A stretch of 64,000 nt of DNA, taken from NCBI GenBank assembly GCA_010909165.1, contig MU008170.1, positions 62,001-126,000 on the forward strand. The letters are read 5' to 3'. The notes beneath the pieces were generated by a model. It was not told where the DNA came from and did no database searches. It worked only from the letters and a program-made list of their open reading frames with translations. A program made the translations under genes and the position numbers. Below are positions 37,729-52,000 of this stretch, in pieces (positions within the stretch are counted from its first letter, which is position 1; each line of letters starts with the position of its first letter). Source of the stretch: Anthoceros angustus. Taxonomy: Eukaryota > Plantae > Anthocerotophyta.

Positions 37729-38255
37729 CAATCTACCCCCCCTAATTGGGACTGGAGTGCCTTTAGAGGTCCCATGAAGGGAGGTGTCCCGATTACATTT
37801 TTCCTATTTAAAAATAATAAAATAATAAAAATAATAAAATACCCAAAAAATAAAAATTCAAATTTTGATTAATAGGTTTCACTATAAATAACTTTTATCA
37901 CTTCTCTATATAGTTGCTTGAAAGCTAGTACTGTCTCTAAGCAGCATAAAAACCCCTTTTTCTATCATAAAGGACAAAGCTTAGCTTAGGAGCCTTCAAT
38001 CACACCTAAAAGTATATTGTGCTCTGAAATAATCGATTCTTTTTTCCTTTTTCCTTTAATGTTTTTAGTAAAAAAAATGAAAATCCTATTTAGGGAGGTG
38101 AAACTAACATGAATGTATCTTTCAAAAAGGTCCCAATTATCACCATTTAGGGAAAAGTCCCATTTTTTACACTGTAAACTAAAGGGAGTAGGATGGGAGG
38201 TCCCATTTAGAGAGAAATCCCATTTATAGAGTTCCCAATTAGGGGGGGCCGACTA
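37729..38255. mobile_element. MITE-like element (~527 bp), Tc1/mariner-pogo type, flanked by TA
   Basis: Inverted termini ccccccctaattgggact (37736) / agttcccaattaggggggg (38230-38248), extending imperfectly to TA|caatcta and ccgacta|TA; AT-rich non-coding interior. Confidence 0.65.
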
Positions 38256-38329
38256 TATGTGCATATGTACTTTCACCCCTAGTAAAGTTGTAACTGAAGA
38301 ATGAATGGTACTGTCGCGCATACCTCTTG

Positions 38330-38657
38330 CTAATATAAAATTTTGCACGGGATACTATTTGCGAGCATGTTTTCATCAACCCTTTACGTCGGGTGGTGAG
38401 GTGTGCGCGATAATGAAGGTTCACAAGTACTCACCCATGGAGGAAAGCCCCTTGCCATCGAGATCCACCGGCCATGGGAAAGGATTCATCCCCCTTGCTA
38501 TCAAGATCCATCGGCCATGAGCAAGGATTTCTCCAGGATCATCGAGGCCTGTACCCAGACTTACCATAGCCAGAAGAAAGGTCTCCCCCTTTCTTGTGTG
38601 GTTGCCTTCTTCTGGCAATGGATGTCTATCGCCCTGCATAGGGCACAACGCGACATA
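38330..38657 (+). mobile_element. RLE-LINE remnant (endonuclease end), left part, interrupted by the CACTA insertion
   Basis: 'MKVHKYSPM...FIPLAIK', 'SKDFSRIIEAC...GLPLSCVVAFFWQWMSIALHRA'; close to 1640-1855. Confidence 0.75.
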
Positions 38658-40499
38658 TATGCTAGAAAAGGCACCCTATAAATATAAAGGATGTTGCAAT
38701 TTTTGTTACACTTCCACATTGCAACATGTTTTGGAGGGTTGGTATTAAGTTTGTTAGTTCTCCTCTTGGTGCTGCCATCTTAACACGAACGGCACTCTCT
38801 TCCCACCTCCCCTTCCGGGTACACCCTCTCTCACAAGCATTGTTAATAATTTCCCACCGCTTGTTATCTGTGTTGCAATTTTATGTACCACTTCCAACTT
38901 CCAAAGATGGTTTGATGGCTTGGTGTTAAGTTGGTCCATTCTTTCTCTTCCTTCTCCCACCATCCTAACACAATGCTTGGTCTCTCACTTCATGTACCAC
39001 TTCAAAATTGCAACACTTTATGGTGGCTTGGTGTTCAAGGTGTCCTTTTCTTATCCACTTCTCACCCCATCTTAACACAATACTTGGTCTCTCTCCTCTC
39101 ACCTCACCCTCCTATTTATTGCCCCCTTATCACACCCTTTTATACTCTTTCACTTCTCCTCCTCCTTCATGACCGTGAGAAGGACCTCCCCTATCACCAT
39201 TTTATACTCTTCCACTATTCCTCTTTCAACTTGCTTGTTACAATGACCTCTCTCTCGCCTCTCTCCTTCCTTCCTTTTACCTCCTTTGCATATACTCAAT
39301 ATACATATATATGTTTGTAGGCTTCAAGACATAAGTATGTGTACGCTTTATATGTACACATCCATCTGTTATACTTCTATTATATTAGTGTATTTACATG
39401 CCTCTTTGTATACGTATATACGTATATAGGCATCAAGACTTGTTTATATAATAATATATATGTGCTAACCCTTACGTCACTCTCATACCTTACATATCTA
39501 AGTGTTTGATTTTATTGACAATTTAAATCAAATTTTTGGACACTTCAATCGTCCTCTATCCCTTGCCTTTGTTTCCACCGATGCAATACGAACTCCACGT
39601 GATATGGGCATATGCGTCGTGCACCACCAACATGTGCCACACAACGGTGCCCGGCGTTGGTGACTCTTGGACCAACACCAATGGTTTCGTGGTTCCTCCA
39701 CATCTTCCTACACCTATCCAAATGACCTCTATAACCACTTTCACAATTACAGGCTATGTCAATGCTAGGCTACAAAGGTGGGCGACCAATTCCCTCTTGT
39801 TTGTTGCTAATTGACCATCACCGGTCCACCCATGCCGCGACTCCATCGTCCGCAGGAAAACATCTCGACCATTTACATTCCCCTCCACAAACGGCCCCTA
39901 CCCATAGATCGGTACCAACCATTCCTATGTCACTTGCGCCTACACCCTTGCCGACTCGGACTCCTCTTGCCTTCAACACCCGTTGTCTTTTGCTTGACCC
40001 TCTTCGCTCAGCACCTCCTCGTTTCGTCCTGGTGTGGTCCACCTTCTGTGCGCTGGCATTCGACCCACTAGCCTCAATGGCTAGCCCCTTCACTCCTGGC
40101 CCCATAGGCTGCCAAATCACCACTTCCACAATTACAGACGGCAAACGAATAGCATTCAATCTCTCAGTATGCGGGTTGCCACCCTACTCACGCTTTTGAC
40201 ACGGATCGTGTGACGCGGTGCTTGCGCCATCACACCTCCGGGATCCCCACCATCCACGTTGCCTCCGGCATCACTTGACGGTGACGCCCCCTGCTTGGCA
40301 CCTTCCCTCCATCTTCCTTCTCTCCACCGGGTTCATGCCTTCCTTCACGACCGGCCTTCACCTTCCACCGCTTTTCCTTCCTTCTTCCTGCGGTCATGCA
40401 CACGCATCACTTACTCACCTACATAGCGAAACCTACATATCACAACCAAGCATTCCATTAACGTCAACGACTATTTTACCACTCGATTACTCGGCATCT

Positions 40500-41990
40500 T
40501 TGTCCAATCCATGCCTTGCTGCCCACTTCAACTCATCCAGTTGCGCTCCCTCCCGCGTTGGACATACGTTTCTCGAACTCCTTTGCTCCTCTTGGACCAA
40601 AGGGATTCGTCCCATGCTCGTTCAATTCTTGCCGGCGTTGCTTCGTGGTGTTGGCCACACACCCCATGCCACGCCGCGTCACGCGGCTTGCCTTTCTCCA
40701 TGCCTTCGTGCTCACATTAGGCGGATGCAACCATTTTGCATCCTTCCTTCTCCTCCACAGTGCGACACGCACCTTCTTGCCCACATTGTGGTTCCTTGTC
40801 CGCGATGCACCGCAAACCGCCACAATATCCTCGCGCTATACTTGCAAACTCATACTCTACCTTCCTCACCGTCTTCTCGCAAACTTTCGTCGTGGCTCGA
40901 CCATGGCATCACTCCATTTTGCACACACTAGCTCCAACACCGGTGGAAGGCCTTCCTCACTCGTCCTTCCTCATCGGACGACTCTTCATCCTCCTCCTCA
41001 TTCTCTATCCACCCTCCATCGCATAACCGGCTCACGCCATGTACACGCCACCACGCCCATGTAGCCACAACACGGCTATGACATCGTCTAATGGCTTACC
41101 GGCCAGTGCTCTCAATTCTCCAATTTCATGTCTGGCAATGTAGTCGGCATGTCTTCCTCGACCTCGGCATCCGCCATCTCCACATCTTCCTCCTCGCTCC
41201 CGCTCTCCCCATCCTCGCGCTGGTGTCCTCCTCCTCACCGCCTCCTCACCATCATAGGCATGCGCTCCTTGGCCCTCCTCCGCGCGTCCACCAGACCGTC
41301 TCCACTCCCACCGCAGGAGTCTCCTCCCCTCCAAAGGCTCCCTCACCTTGCGTTGTTGGGGTTGTCCGCCGCCACCGCGAAGGTCCACAAACGTATGCCA
41401 TCTCTCTCGGCGACCAGGTCACCCTCTTGTGCACCACCACCATGCTCCTCAAGTTGGACACGCCCTCAAGCTCCAGACTAAGGCCAATGTCCTCGTTCCC
41501 TCCGGATGTCGGCCTGGCGATCCCTCCTCCGACTTTGGAATCTCTCCTGCGAAGCAGGCAGCGTTAGCTCCCCACATTGGAGACACCCACTCCACTTCCG
41601 GCCGCTTTGCATCGCCCGCCTCTTGGCAGACTCCACTCATGAAGGTTCTCCTCCGGCACCTCCACCTCTCTCGCCGCTTCCCGCTCCACGCCATGGGCAT
41701 CCACCTCTCCACGGTGGAATCGGCTTTCTCCACGACCGCGCCCACCTCACTTGCCGCTTCCACCATCCGGCCCGTGCTTCCATCCGGTTGGGCCCGCTCC
41801 TGCGCCAAGTCCCCTTGCTGGACCATTTTCCGGCTTCCGGCCTCTCCCTCTCGGCGATTGCGGCGCCGATGGGCCCCGCCTCCTCCTTCCGCGGCGGCGT
41901 TATGGGCACCGACATCCGCGGCGGATTGGCGGCGTTTGTTCGTGCTTAAGCGAGCAGCCAAATCCTCAAAGTCAACGTCCCAAACCATGG
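40500..41990 (-). pseudogene. Decayed TnpA/PTTA-like (En/Spm accessory) ORF, opposite strand to TnpD
   Basis: 'WLHPPNVSTKAWRK...ANTTKQRRQELNEHGTNPFGPRGAKEFEKRM' resembles the Ptta/En-Spm region; purine-rich coding-like minus strand; many frameshifts. Confidence 0.4.
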
Positions 41991-42299
41991 TCGAGGAAGG
42001 CCAACCGAGTCACTGCATGCACAATCGATAACCGCGACAAAGTGAGCGAACTCCGTGGCGATGGCGACAAGGAGGTGAGGTAACCTGGTGATGGGGAAGA
42101 GGGGCAAGAGGAGGGGGAGGCGAGGCGAAGTCCTAGGGCATGCCGGTGGCTCATGTGCCATGCATGCCGATTTCGCCAACTATTTGTGCACATGTGGCAT
42201 TCACATGCCTAAAACACGCAACCGGCGATTGTCCACCACACCATTCTCGCACATATGGCATCCATGCATGTTTGGCATATATAGGCATCCGTGTTTATG

Positions 42300-43270
42300 A
42301 CATTTTCGTAATCCAAGGACAAATTTAGCCCATTATGGATTACCATATCCTCATCGAAGGAAAATAATTTCCCTTTGCTCATGCGCATTTCGTGGTCCAA
42401 GGACAAAACATTCCCATTATGTATGGTCATTTCGTGACCCAAGGACAAATGTTCCTCATTCTCATGACCATGTCGGGCCTGTCAATTTTTGGCCATTCGG
42501 ATGACCATTTCGAAAGCCAAGGACAAATGTTTCCCATTATGGAAGATCATTTGTTCGGACATAATTTGCCATTGTTCATTACCATTTATGGTCCAAGGAC
42601 AATACATTTTTGCCATTTTGATGACCATTTCGTGACCCAAGGACAAATGTTCTCATTCTCATGACCATTTCGTGACCCAAGGACAAATGTTCCTCATTCT
42701 CATGACCATTTCGTGGTCCAAGGACAATGTTTCCCATTGTGATGACCATTGTGACAATTGGTTGACATGGTTGATGATCATTCTGTGGTCCATTGACATA
42801 CTTTTGCCATTTTGGATGGCGAAATCGTGACCCAAGGACAAATGTTTGTGGATCAACATGACCATATCGTGGCCGAAGGCCACCGTTTGGCCATTTTGGA
42901 TGACCTTTTTGTAAGCCAAGGACAAATTTTTCCCTTTGTGGATTGCCATTTCGTGACGCAAGGACAAATGATTCCCTGTGTAGACGAGCATTCCTTCATC
43001 CAAGAACATTTTCCATTAATCATCCCCATTTCGTGACCCAAGGACAAGTGTTGAATGCCATTTGCTCGTATGCCAGATGTGGCATGCCATTCAAGGGAAC
43101 TTAGAACGCCATGCTCCAAGGACCATGCATGTGTTCATTTTGATATATTTATGCTTTGCCGTTCTCATACCATTGCCTACAATCCGACCCCGATGAAACG
43201 ATGTCATGACCATTTCGTGACCCAAGGACAAATGTTCCTCATTCTCATGACCATTTCGTGGTCCAAGAAA
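42300..43270. repeat. Internal degenerate tandem array, ~39-41-bp unit (GACCATTTCGTGACCCAAGGACAAATGTTCCTCATTCTCAT)
   Basis: The core ccaaggacaa recurs more than a dozen times; internal tandem arrays are typical of CACTA elements. Confidence 0.85.
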
Positions 43271-45899
43271 GGTGTGGGGAAGAGGAGAGAGTAAGACTTG
43301 GCGTGGGCATGGTAGAAAACATGCCATGTGTGATGGTCGTGTGAATTGACGGACGCTCCCGTTCTCTGTTTCGGTATCTACTTCATCTTCTACACCATTG
43401 TGCAAGGACGGTGGGTGGCACGTGAGAGCCATTCAAGTAAACTAAATGCCCCCATTGATTATGTCATGAATGAAGGACCGTCCGTATGTGAATTTGCCAT
43501 ATATATGCCAATTCCCGTTATCGCATATAATGATGTGCATCGTTCGAGACTCCCTCTGTGCACTCCACCAATCAAATGCGTCACATGGCGAGCGTATTCG
43601 TATTCCGGGAGGCCTTGTGGCGGCTCACGCGTCACTTTGGCGTCACTGCCGCAAAGGATATCCGGACCTTGGGAGACATGACATCTACCGTGTTCGCTCC
43701 TCTTGCCCCGGCCCCCTCCATGAATTTACCGCCGAATCCTTCGATGACGGCGCCATGAGAGCCATGTCTCCTTTTCTCACATGTAAGGAACGGCTGAAAT
43801 TCAAGATCCTCTCATCCGCAACCCGATGTGGCCTGGTGGACAGGAGGCTGCCTAATGTGGTGGTGTTCCGCTTTAAATGTCACCACCTTGCCCCTCGCTT
43901 CACGCTACTACCTTTATTTTGGTCATCTTCGCATCCGCGGGCGCTCCTCTCTTCCAGCGGAAACACGCCTGCCTGCGGGTGCTCTACCTTGTGCCATCTA
44001 TGGCGGACATGTTCAAGTATGCCGGAACGAGCTTGAAACCACCGTGGTATCCATCGGTAGCTCGCAGACGAGGCGTGTGTGCATGTCTCCATCTTAATGA
44101 AATCGCCGATGGCCATCAAGGATCATATGGGAATGTTGGGCGGTGTCCCCCGCACGGTGCTGTCTCCTCTTGCTATCCCCTCACGGCGTCTTCGTTCGGT
44201 GGCGAGGTGGTTCCTTCTACTGTGCGGGCATGGTGTTCGTGACACGGTATGGATTGGGGTTCGGCCGAGGCGCCGCATGTGAACACTTTTGTTTGGCCCT
44301 TTTCTCCAACCTACAAGTATGTCATTTGTGGATCAATGCGAAGTGTTTGCACATCGTTGTTGCTTGGTCTTTGAACCGACGATGCCATCAAGGACGTGCG
44401 TTCCACATGAGCGATGGCCATCAAGGATGATGGACGGAGGTTGCTCTCCTCTTGTCGGCCATCAAGGACCGGTATGGAGTGCCGCCGCTCTTCTTGGTCT
44501 GGATCCGGCGTCGACTGACTAGGACGGTTTATACCTCACAATGTGGGGTATATGATTACCGTAATTAAACGTTGGGATGGGAAAGTCCTTCTTCTTTGAT
44601 CACTACGTGTACTTCTCATGTCACCCAATAAAACTCGATGACTGTCACATGCTTGGCGGAATGGATGGGTATGGTTTGGTGCCCGTTCATGCGTTGACCG
44701 GACATGACAAGTCACCGCTTACGTCCTTCCGAGTCACGCGTAATAAACAAAGTATGGTGATTGGTGCTATAGCTCTTTGTCTCCTCCTAGATGCACAAGG
44801 CATTCTCTAGATTCCGGTCCATTGCATACCGATGGTGATGGAGAGAATTGGCAAGGATTGGTCGCCGCAAGCCTCGGAAGTTGAAGGCGAGGGAGATTGA
44901 GAGAGAAGGTAAGGTAGATGTACACGCCACCCTCCCGAGGGACCGATCCGCCCCGGGTGATGCGAAGGGCAAGAGGAAAGTGGAGGAGCAATCGCTGTGG
45001 CGGCGACGGCATCCGGGCGCGGAGTGCCAGCCCAAGCCACATTTCCTCCATGGGAAGAAGAGGCGAACCGCATTCGCTACAATTTCAGAGGCCACGATCC
45101 AAGGAGGAGGTTGCGAAATTGAGTCGCTGCTTTTGGATAGAACAAGCCGATGTGGGGCTTCACGCGCCGCCACCGTGGCTCAAGCTACACTTCAAGAATG
45201 GAATTGGGATGCGTTGGACGAGACATGGAACGCACTCTGCGCAGCGGGTTCATGCCCTTTCACAGAATGGCGACGCAACATGGGAGCTAGAGACTTTGAG
45301 ACAATGAGCTCAACACTATTCCTTCCGTGAGAAGTGGACATGAAGGAGGTTGTTTACACCAAGGGGAAGGCGCCTCCTCCACGCTTTTTTTCGCATTTGC
45401 TTGCAAGCTTAGGACGATCAAGGCCGTTGTCGAACTTTGGATTGTGTGTAATCAACTTTAAATCAAAACACGCATCCCCAAATGCAATGAAGCGTGTCAA
45501 CCATCCCGACCGCTGGTGCCGACCACCAGCTAGCCAAGCACATCCTCCCTTTCCATTGCGTGTCACCCCTACACTACTCCGCCGTCGGGAGAGCTACGCG
45601 CTGACATAACGCCGGTAGCCATCCACTCCGCTAGCTTGCCCGCGGGAACATTGCGTGCATCGGCGCCAACCAAGCGTGCTCAGTCTGAGTTGGGATTGGA
45701 AGACGGTGGTGGCTTCGGTCGCAAATTCGCTGCTCATGTCCAGGCGCGAGGGCTCGGTCTGATCGTCGATCTCGGCGTCTTTGCCCGATCGATGGACCCC
45801 CCTCGTGGGTCATCACGACGCGGATCTCCATGGTGCGTTTGTGCTTCCGTCCATGGTTTCGCACGTTCCAGTCCTACGTGTTGTCGTGTTTATGGGTCA

Positions 45900-48800
45900 T
45901 GAAGAAGTCAGTTCACGGTGGGGGGGTTGACGGATGTACCACCTTTGCTTGCGTGGTTGCCGTGCCTACGGATCACGACCCGGGAGGATGCCACGAAATG
46001 CATGGTGTACATGTATTGTCCACGCGGTGTGTGTCGAGCTCGCAGCTCGTATTCACACATTTCAAGAATTCATCTGCGCCTTGCTGCACCATGGCCGTGA
46101 GTTCTCTCGCATCAATGGCCAGCAAATGCACTCCAATTCTAGCTTTAAGGTGGCTTTTGCGGTCGGCGAGACACGAGCGGCATAGAAGAGCGGCCGTCTT
46201 GACGTCCCACAGCAGTTCGGATCGGGCTCGATGGGTCGGCAGGGGAAGCGTGGCCATCCTACCGACACTAGTAGTTCCGACGACGAAAGTATGGATGAGG
46301 GTTCGAGGTGATGATATGCGGCGCACAGTGGACGAGTTCTTTGGAAGCCACGGATGTTGCGATGCGCAGCGGGGATGGAGTCCAGGCTTGTCGAGCTGCG
46401 GCGAAAGCCGTTATACCACATTGAAGAGGAAGTCCAATCGAAAGCGGGCTAAGCGCAACACCTTTGTTGTCTTGGCAAACGATGTATGACATCGATGGCG
46501 TCGGCGTACATCAGCTCTTAAGTGTGGATATTTTGCTTCGAACAAGTCAAGGACATGTACGAGGCAAAGTCGTTGTTGCACATGTTTGGGCCAAGATACG
46601 TGAAAATCCATGCTTGTGAAAAGATTGTATTCTATTCGGTGAGTGCGGCAGCGTCCATTGCCCTCCAGGCACGCCAGTACAAGGAAGGGTTTGATGAGCG
46701 AGATTGTTCCCAAGGTCCTCCGCATTTCCTCTAAAGACGAGATTGAAACGCATGTTCGAATGCCGGAAATAGCATGATGATGACTTGGTATGTCGGGAGG
46801 CAAAGCGAGAATGGGGACATGTCCATGATGGCGACACCCATGGAGAGTATTTGATGCGCTTGAAGGGTTCGGGATGAACCTCGCAACTTGAGGTTGGCAT
46901 TATGCAGCAGACGGCTTCAACCCCTTTGGTCACAGTGCATCCCGTCCATATGGCCGCTTATGCTATTCGCTCACAACATGCCTCCTGGCTTGCACAAAGG
47001 ACGCCCATGTCATCATGCCTCTCATTGTACCAGACCGGGCATGGTAAAAATTTTGATGTTTATATGGCGCCCGGTAGAAGAACCGGAAGAGTGGAGAGGG
47101 GTGGACATGGAAGACTTTTCAATACCGTGAACGATCCTAGGAGGCATTTTAGGTGCGGCCGAACGTCATTGCCGACTACCGAGTTGGGCACCGATCGGAT
47201 TGCAAGTGAAAGGGACCCGGCGTGTGGATTGCTGGTCGGACTGGATTCCCGCTATTCTCATCAATTAAAAAGCAGTTTATGTTGGCAAGGAGGTGGTTGC
47301 CCGGGCGATAGCGGACGGTGGGAAGACATGGACACGATGGACGGCGGAACTCCGCCCCCACCCGTGCCACCAACGCTTGATGATGTGGTGATGATATGGT
47401 ACGCAGAGAAGGTGCGCCACCGCCGAGATCCGCAATGAGGAAATTTTGGAACGCGGATGTCTTCTCGCTTAGGGTGCTCCCATATTGGCGCCACCTTCTT
47501 GTGATGGCGCCAAAGGATGTCATGCACGTGGAAAAGAACAATGCAGAGGCCATATGGCACACTTTGACGGGAGAGCGAGACGACCTAGCATCAAGGATGG
47601 ACATGGAAGCCAATGGAGGGAAAAGGTGGTTGTGGCGGTAGGAGAGGATCGCCATTGCCCCGAGGCGCCTTACGCTTTGGCGAAAGACGACCTCCGTCAA
47701 GTCATAGAGAGAATTAAACGCATAAAGCGCCACGGGCTATGGGTCTAACATAGGAGCGAAATTAGAGGGGGCAAAGTGGGCTTGAAGTGCCATGGCGCAC
47801 ATCATGCTGGAAATCATCTTCCCATCGTCCTTCGGGGTGCATAGACCCGTGAGGTGTACAAGGCGGTTGTGAAATTGGGTCGGATGCGGATGGATTTGCC
47901 AAATGGACAATACCGCCATGAAATTCAAGCACAACGAGAAGAGGTCATGCGGGTGATGTGCTCTGGAAAAGCAATTCCTCCAAAGGTCTTTGATATATCA
48001 ACCCACCTCATAATACATTTAGTGGACGAGGTGGTGCATTGGGCCTGCACACTGTGGATGTACCCGGTGGAGAGATACTTAGGATCCAGAGATGCGCCAA
48101 CAAAAACCAGAGTCCAGATAGCCGTGGGGTATATGAGAGAGGAGAGTATGCATTTGCATGTCATTCCTCCGCTACTATGGTCACGTCGGTGGATCATGGA
48201 GTCCCGAGGACCGTGTGGGAGAAAAGCTGTTGGGTGTCGGTCGCGTGTACACAATGGATGCCGTTGAGGTGCGCCAGGCCCATACTTATGTGCTGTATCA
48301 CACGAAGGTGATGCAGCCGCTTTTGGACATGTACGAAGAGGTGAGGATGTACGGTGCACATGAGGAAGCAGAAGTTTCAAGAGGTGGGTGCACGAAGGGC
48401 GGTGAGCGCTTGGGAGGCATCCTGCTATGACCCAGTGAGGGCTATAATGGATGGCCCGCTGCTGCAATCGGCACATAGTCACATGTGGAACAAAGGCACC
48501 TCGAGCGGCGGAGGCGGACAAGCGGCGGAGCACAAAAGATAGTGCATGTGCGCAAAGTTTATCATGGGTGGGACAGGCTGGGGAGCTCAAGAGGAGCGCG
48601 TCTTCTACGGCCACATAGAGCAAATCTGCGGATGCGTTCTCGGAGTATAATCCAGCTGAAGGTTGATGAATGCAGTGTCGGCCAGAGGGACAAGGCCATC
48701 GCTGCGGAAGTCGTACACCGGATTTGACCTTGTGAATACCGAGAAGGTTTCCGTGTACAGGGTGCACTCCATCGATGGTCCATTTGTGTGGCCATCGCAG

Positions 48801-49050
48801 GTAACTCAGTGCATGCTGCATCCGAGACAGTGGATGGAAACAGGGGGTGGGCCCTGGCCGTGCCTACTCCGGCGAGGGGATGGAGGGAGGAGGAACCCAT
48901 GCGCGGTGGCACATAGCTTGTGGCATGTCGCCGGATAGCATGATGGGGCAAAACCATGCCAAGTGGGCATTAAATTATTTCCAAACAAACAAGCACAGTA
49001 TCCAATGGCAGAATGTGCCAATACCCAAGTGTCGTGTGGGAATGTGGAAG
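45900..49050 (+). pseudogene. Frameshifted CACTA transposase (TnpD / Transposase_21 + DUF4218-like)
   Basis: 'YEAKSLLHMFGPRYVKIHAC', 'RLAL..DGFNP...SIWPLMLFAHNMPP', 'NFDVYMAP', 'LPYWRHLL...DVMHVEKN', 'PPKVFDISTHLIIHLVDEV...WMYPVERYLG'. Confidence 0.85.
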
Positions 49051-49599
49051 TCGATGATTAGTGGTAAAATGGAGTAATGGGGCATTGAGAGCGCTGCGCC
49101 ATTTGGGCAATATCATACATCACGAGTAACGCGCAACCAATGGGACATGAAAATTGCTCCAAGTCGAGGTTGTGGTCGAAAATGTGATTATGGGGCAAGT
49201 AGCAAGTGCAGCGCGCGGTCCCGATGCGATAAATGACCACCGGCCTTTGCAAACAAGCTTTTTCAAAATGGAGTCTTGAATGCATAGGACTCATGGCGCG
49301 CCTTTCACCGAGAGGGAAGCCATTGCCTCAAGATGGAACGGCGTGGACAACCGGTTCACGGGAAGTATGCGCGAGGCTTGCCGGGAGTCGTATGAAGGCG
49401 CCGCGGACACCACAGTCGGCGCGTCGCCGACGGCGTCGACGACGATGGACCGTACCTGGGTGGGGAGGATGGGGGGGGCAAACCGGCCTCGGGGTATCTC
49501 GCTCATCCACCGCACCCAGCTGCTGTCTCCATTCAGACATCCGCGACCTGAAGAAGCGGCCTCCTCATCGAAGACGGTCTGTGGAAGGTAAGAGGCGAG

Positions 49600-52000
49600 G
49601 GGCGACATGGCAGGTGAACCCAGAGTTGAGTTTGACGACGTCGAGACGTGGAACCTCCCAGCCCCAACGGATGCGGAGTTGGAGCATTGTGTGCAGGAAT
49701 TGAACGAAATAGATGAGGAGCTATTTCTGTCGGATGAGGTTGGTTGTCGCGAGTCGCAACGGCAAGTGATGCCGCAAAGTGTGCACACGCTCAAGTTTGC
49801 GTGCCGGATGAGTGGGCATGGTGGACAACGGTATCACGGGGCACGGCATGCGGTGTTTAAGCATGGGGACAAGGGAGGCAACCTTTCGAGGGTCGGCGGT
49901 GGCGATTGCAAGAAGGGAAAGTGGAATCGTGGAAGGGCCGGCGAGCGTGACGACGGCCAAGCATCACTTGATCTCGAATGGCGCAATCAATTTCGCAAGG
50001 GGTGGTGTTCTAACTGATGATGCTGCGCGTCAGATCTCGGCGCGAGTGCGGTGGACAACGATGCAATCGTTAAAGCCTTGATAAACAAGCATGGGGTGAA
50101 ATGGTCAAGGAGGCCATGCAAAACCACATGAAGCGGGGAGGGACTCATGTTGTTCGGGCCGAGCAAGGCACGCAGTGTCTTAGTGAGGACGAAGGTTGTG
50201 AATGAACTGGGAACTGGCAAGATGGCGGACGTTCAAAGAAGAGAAAGCACGGTTAGTGAAATCCGTGTCTGCATTCCTGCACTGTGGTCAAGTCCAAGAT
50301 AAGCCGACACTTCGCAGATGACGCGGACACGCACTCGGTGTGGAAGCTGCGGCGGCTAGAGGAAATGGTAGAGGGGGAGGACATGGAAGAAACCGAGCAT
50401 GGTGGATGACGAAGAGTGGGAAGATGCACTTGCATGGGCTCGGATGGAGTTGAAGAGGAACGGAAGTTTGAGCCATCAAGTACGAAATCGCAGCAAAAGA
50501 GAGGCTAGCCAAAACGGGGATGGGTCCAAACCCATGGGGAAAGGGAGGGCGTCTTTGGTGGTGAGGTTTGAGAATCAAGATGGCGGTTTCCAACGGAAGA
50601 AGAGGAGTATGGGAGGTTGAAGAGGACGATTTCCATCGCCTCTGGGCGGTCCGCGATAGTGGGGGTTCTGCCGAGTTCCTACAGGTAAGGCGGGGAGTGT
50701 ATGACAAGACACCGAGATTCAAGCCATTGCAAGGAGAACAAGGAAATGACCATTTTGCTTAATGACATTGAATTGGAGATGGATCCCGATATGGTGGCCT
50801 TCCGAGGCGACGGAAGGAAGGGGTGGAGGCAGTGGTGCACGTGGTGGCGGCGTGGGCGTGGAAGGAAGGAATGCAGATGGCGGAAGGGGCTTGGGAGGAG
50901 GAGGCGGAGGAGGCGCTGGGACTTGGAAGGGGGAAAGGCGGCGATGACAAGTAGCGGTGAAGTGGAGGCAGAGCGCGGTCATGAGGAGGCATGCAGGAGG
51001 AGGCGGAGTGGGAAGCAGTGGCAGTGGGCGTGGTGCCCGCGACACCACGATCGCCTGGTTGGTGGAAGTTGCATGCACAGGAATGGTGTGATGGAGGCGG
51101 GGAGGCGGAAGGAAGGGGTGGTGGGCAAGCAAATACTGGAGAAGAGGTGGAGGAGTGCCCGAGACCGCAAGGTGACGCCATGTTTGCGGAGGGTGGAGGC
51201 CGTTGGGAGATGGATGACGACGCCTGAATGGCGGGAACAATGAGTGTGGAGGCGAGTCGGGTGGTGGAGCACGGAGGGCGGCGACCGTCACGAGGAAACA
51301 CACTTGTGTGCACTATGGACAAACAAAAACGCAGGGGACAAGGAGGCGGGTGGCGGAGGGCAGACGGTGGATCACCAGGCCCGGCCATGGTGGCGGGGGC
51401 AAAGGCGCGTAACTAGCATGAGGCGGATGTCGAGGGGAGAGAGAATGAAGGAGGACTAAGAGGGCATCATGCGGTGCCTTTGATATCGGCAAAAGTGCAG
51501 ATGGAGGCAAGACGGCGTGGGGGCTGGCGAGATAACATGGGCAGCGAGGCAGTCAAGAGGACGATGTGCCTAATTTCGTGCAGACACATATCTTTGCCTC
51601 GGATCGAGAGCATGGACCTACATAGTGGAGCCCAGTTGAGGCAACGCCACCGCGATAAAGGGTGGAGGCGAAGAGGAAAATGGGGAGGAGGAGTGGAGGC
51701 GGGCGGCGGTGGGCGAGTGACAAGGGCACGGGCTGCGGCAGTAGGAAGAAGGAGGACGGAAGGAAAATGTCAGCAAGAAGGGCGTAAGATACGAGGAGGG
51801 ACCGGAGGGAAGGTAAGGCAAATGGTCCGCTTTGTTGTGGTACACCCATTAACGTTGGTAACTCATGATGGCCATGCTGGTTTGTATGTGCAACGTGTGC
51901 TGAGCGAGGAGGAAGCGGTGGAAGTGGCAAAGCTTGCCTCGCACGAGGGGGGAAGAAGAAAATTGGGAATCGAACAGGAGGGCGGAAGTTTCCTGTAGGT
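49600..52000 (+). pseudogene. Decayed second ORF of the CACTA element (possibly TnpA-like), purine-rich
   Basis: Coding-like fragments (MAGEPRVEFDDVETWNLP..., MVDDEEWEDALAWARMELKR) downstream of TnpD; no firm domain. Confidence 0.35.

Noticed and set aside
39600-39700. Possible Ulp1-protease remnant (PGT..CG, minus strand)
   Set aside because: Requires a frameshift, and no catalytic His/Asp motif could be located.
42300-43270. CRISPR-like array
   Set aside because: Degenerate tandem units without unique constant-length spacers, located inside a CACTA element.
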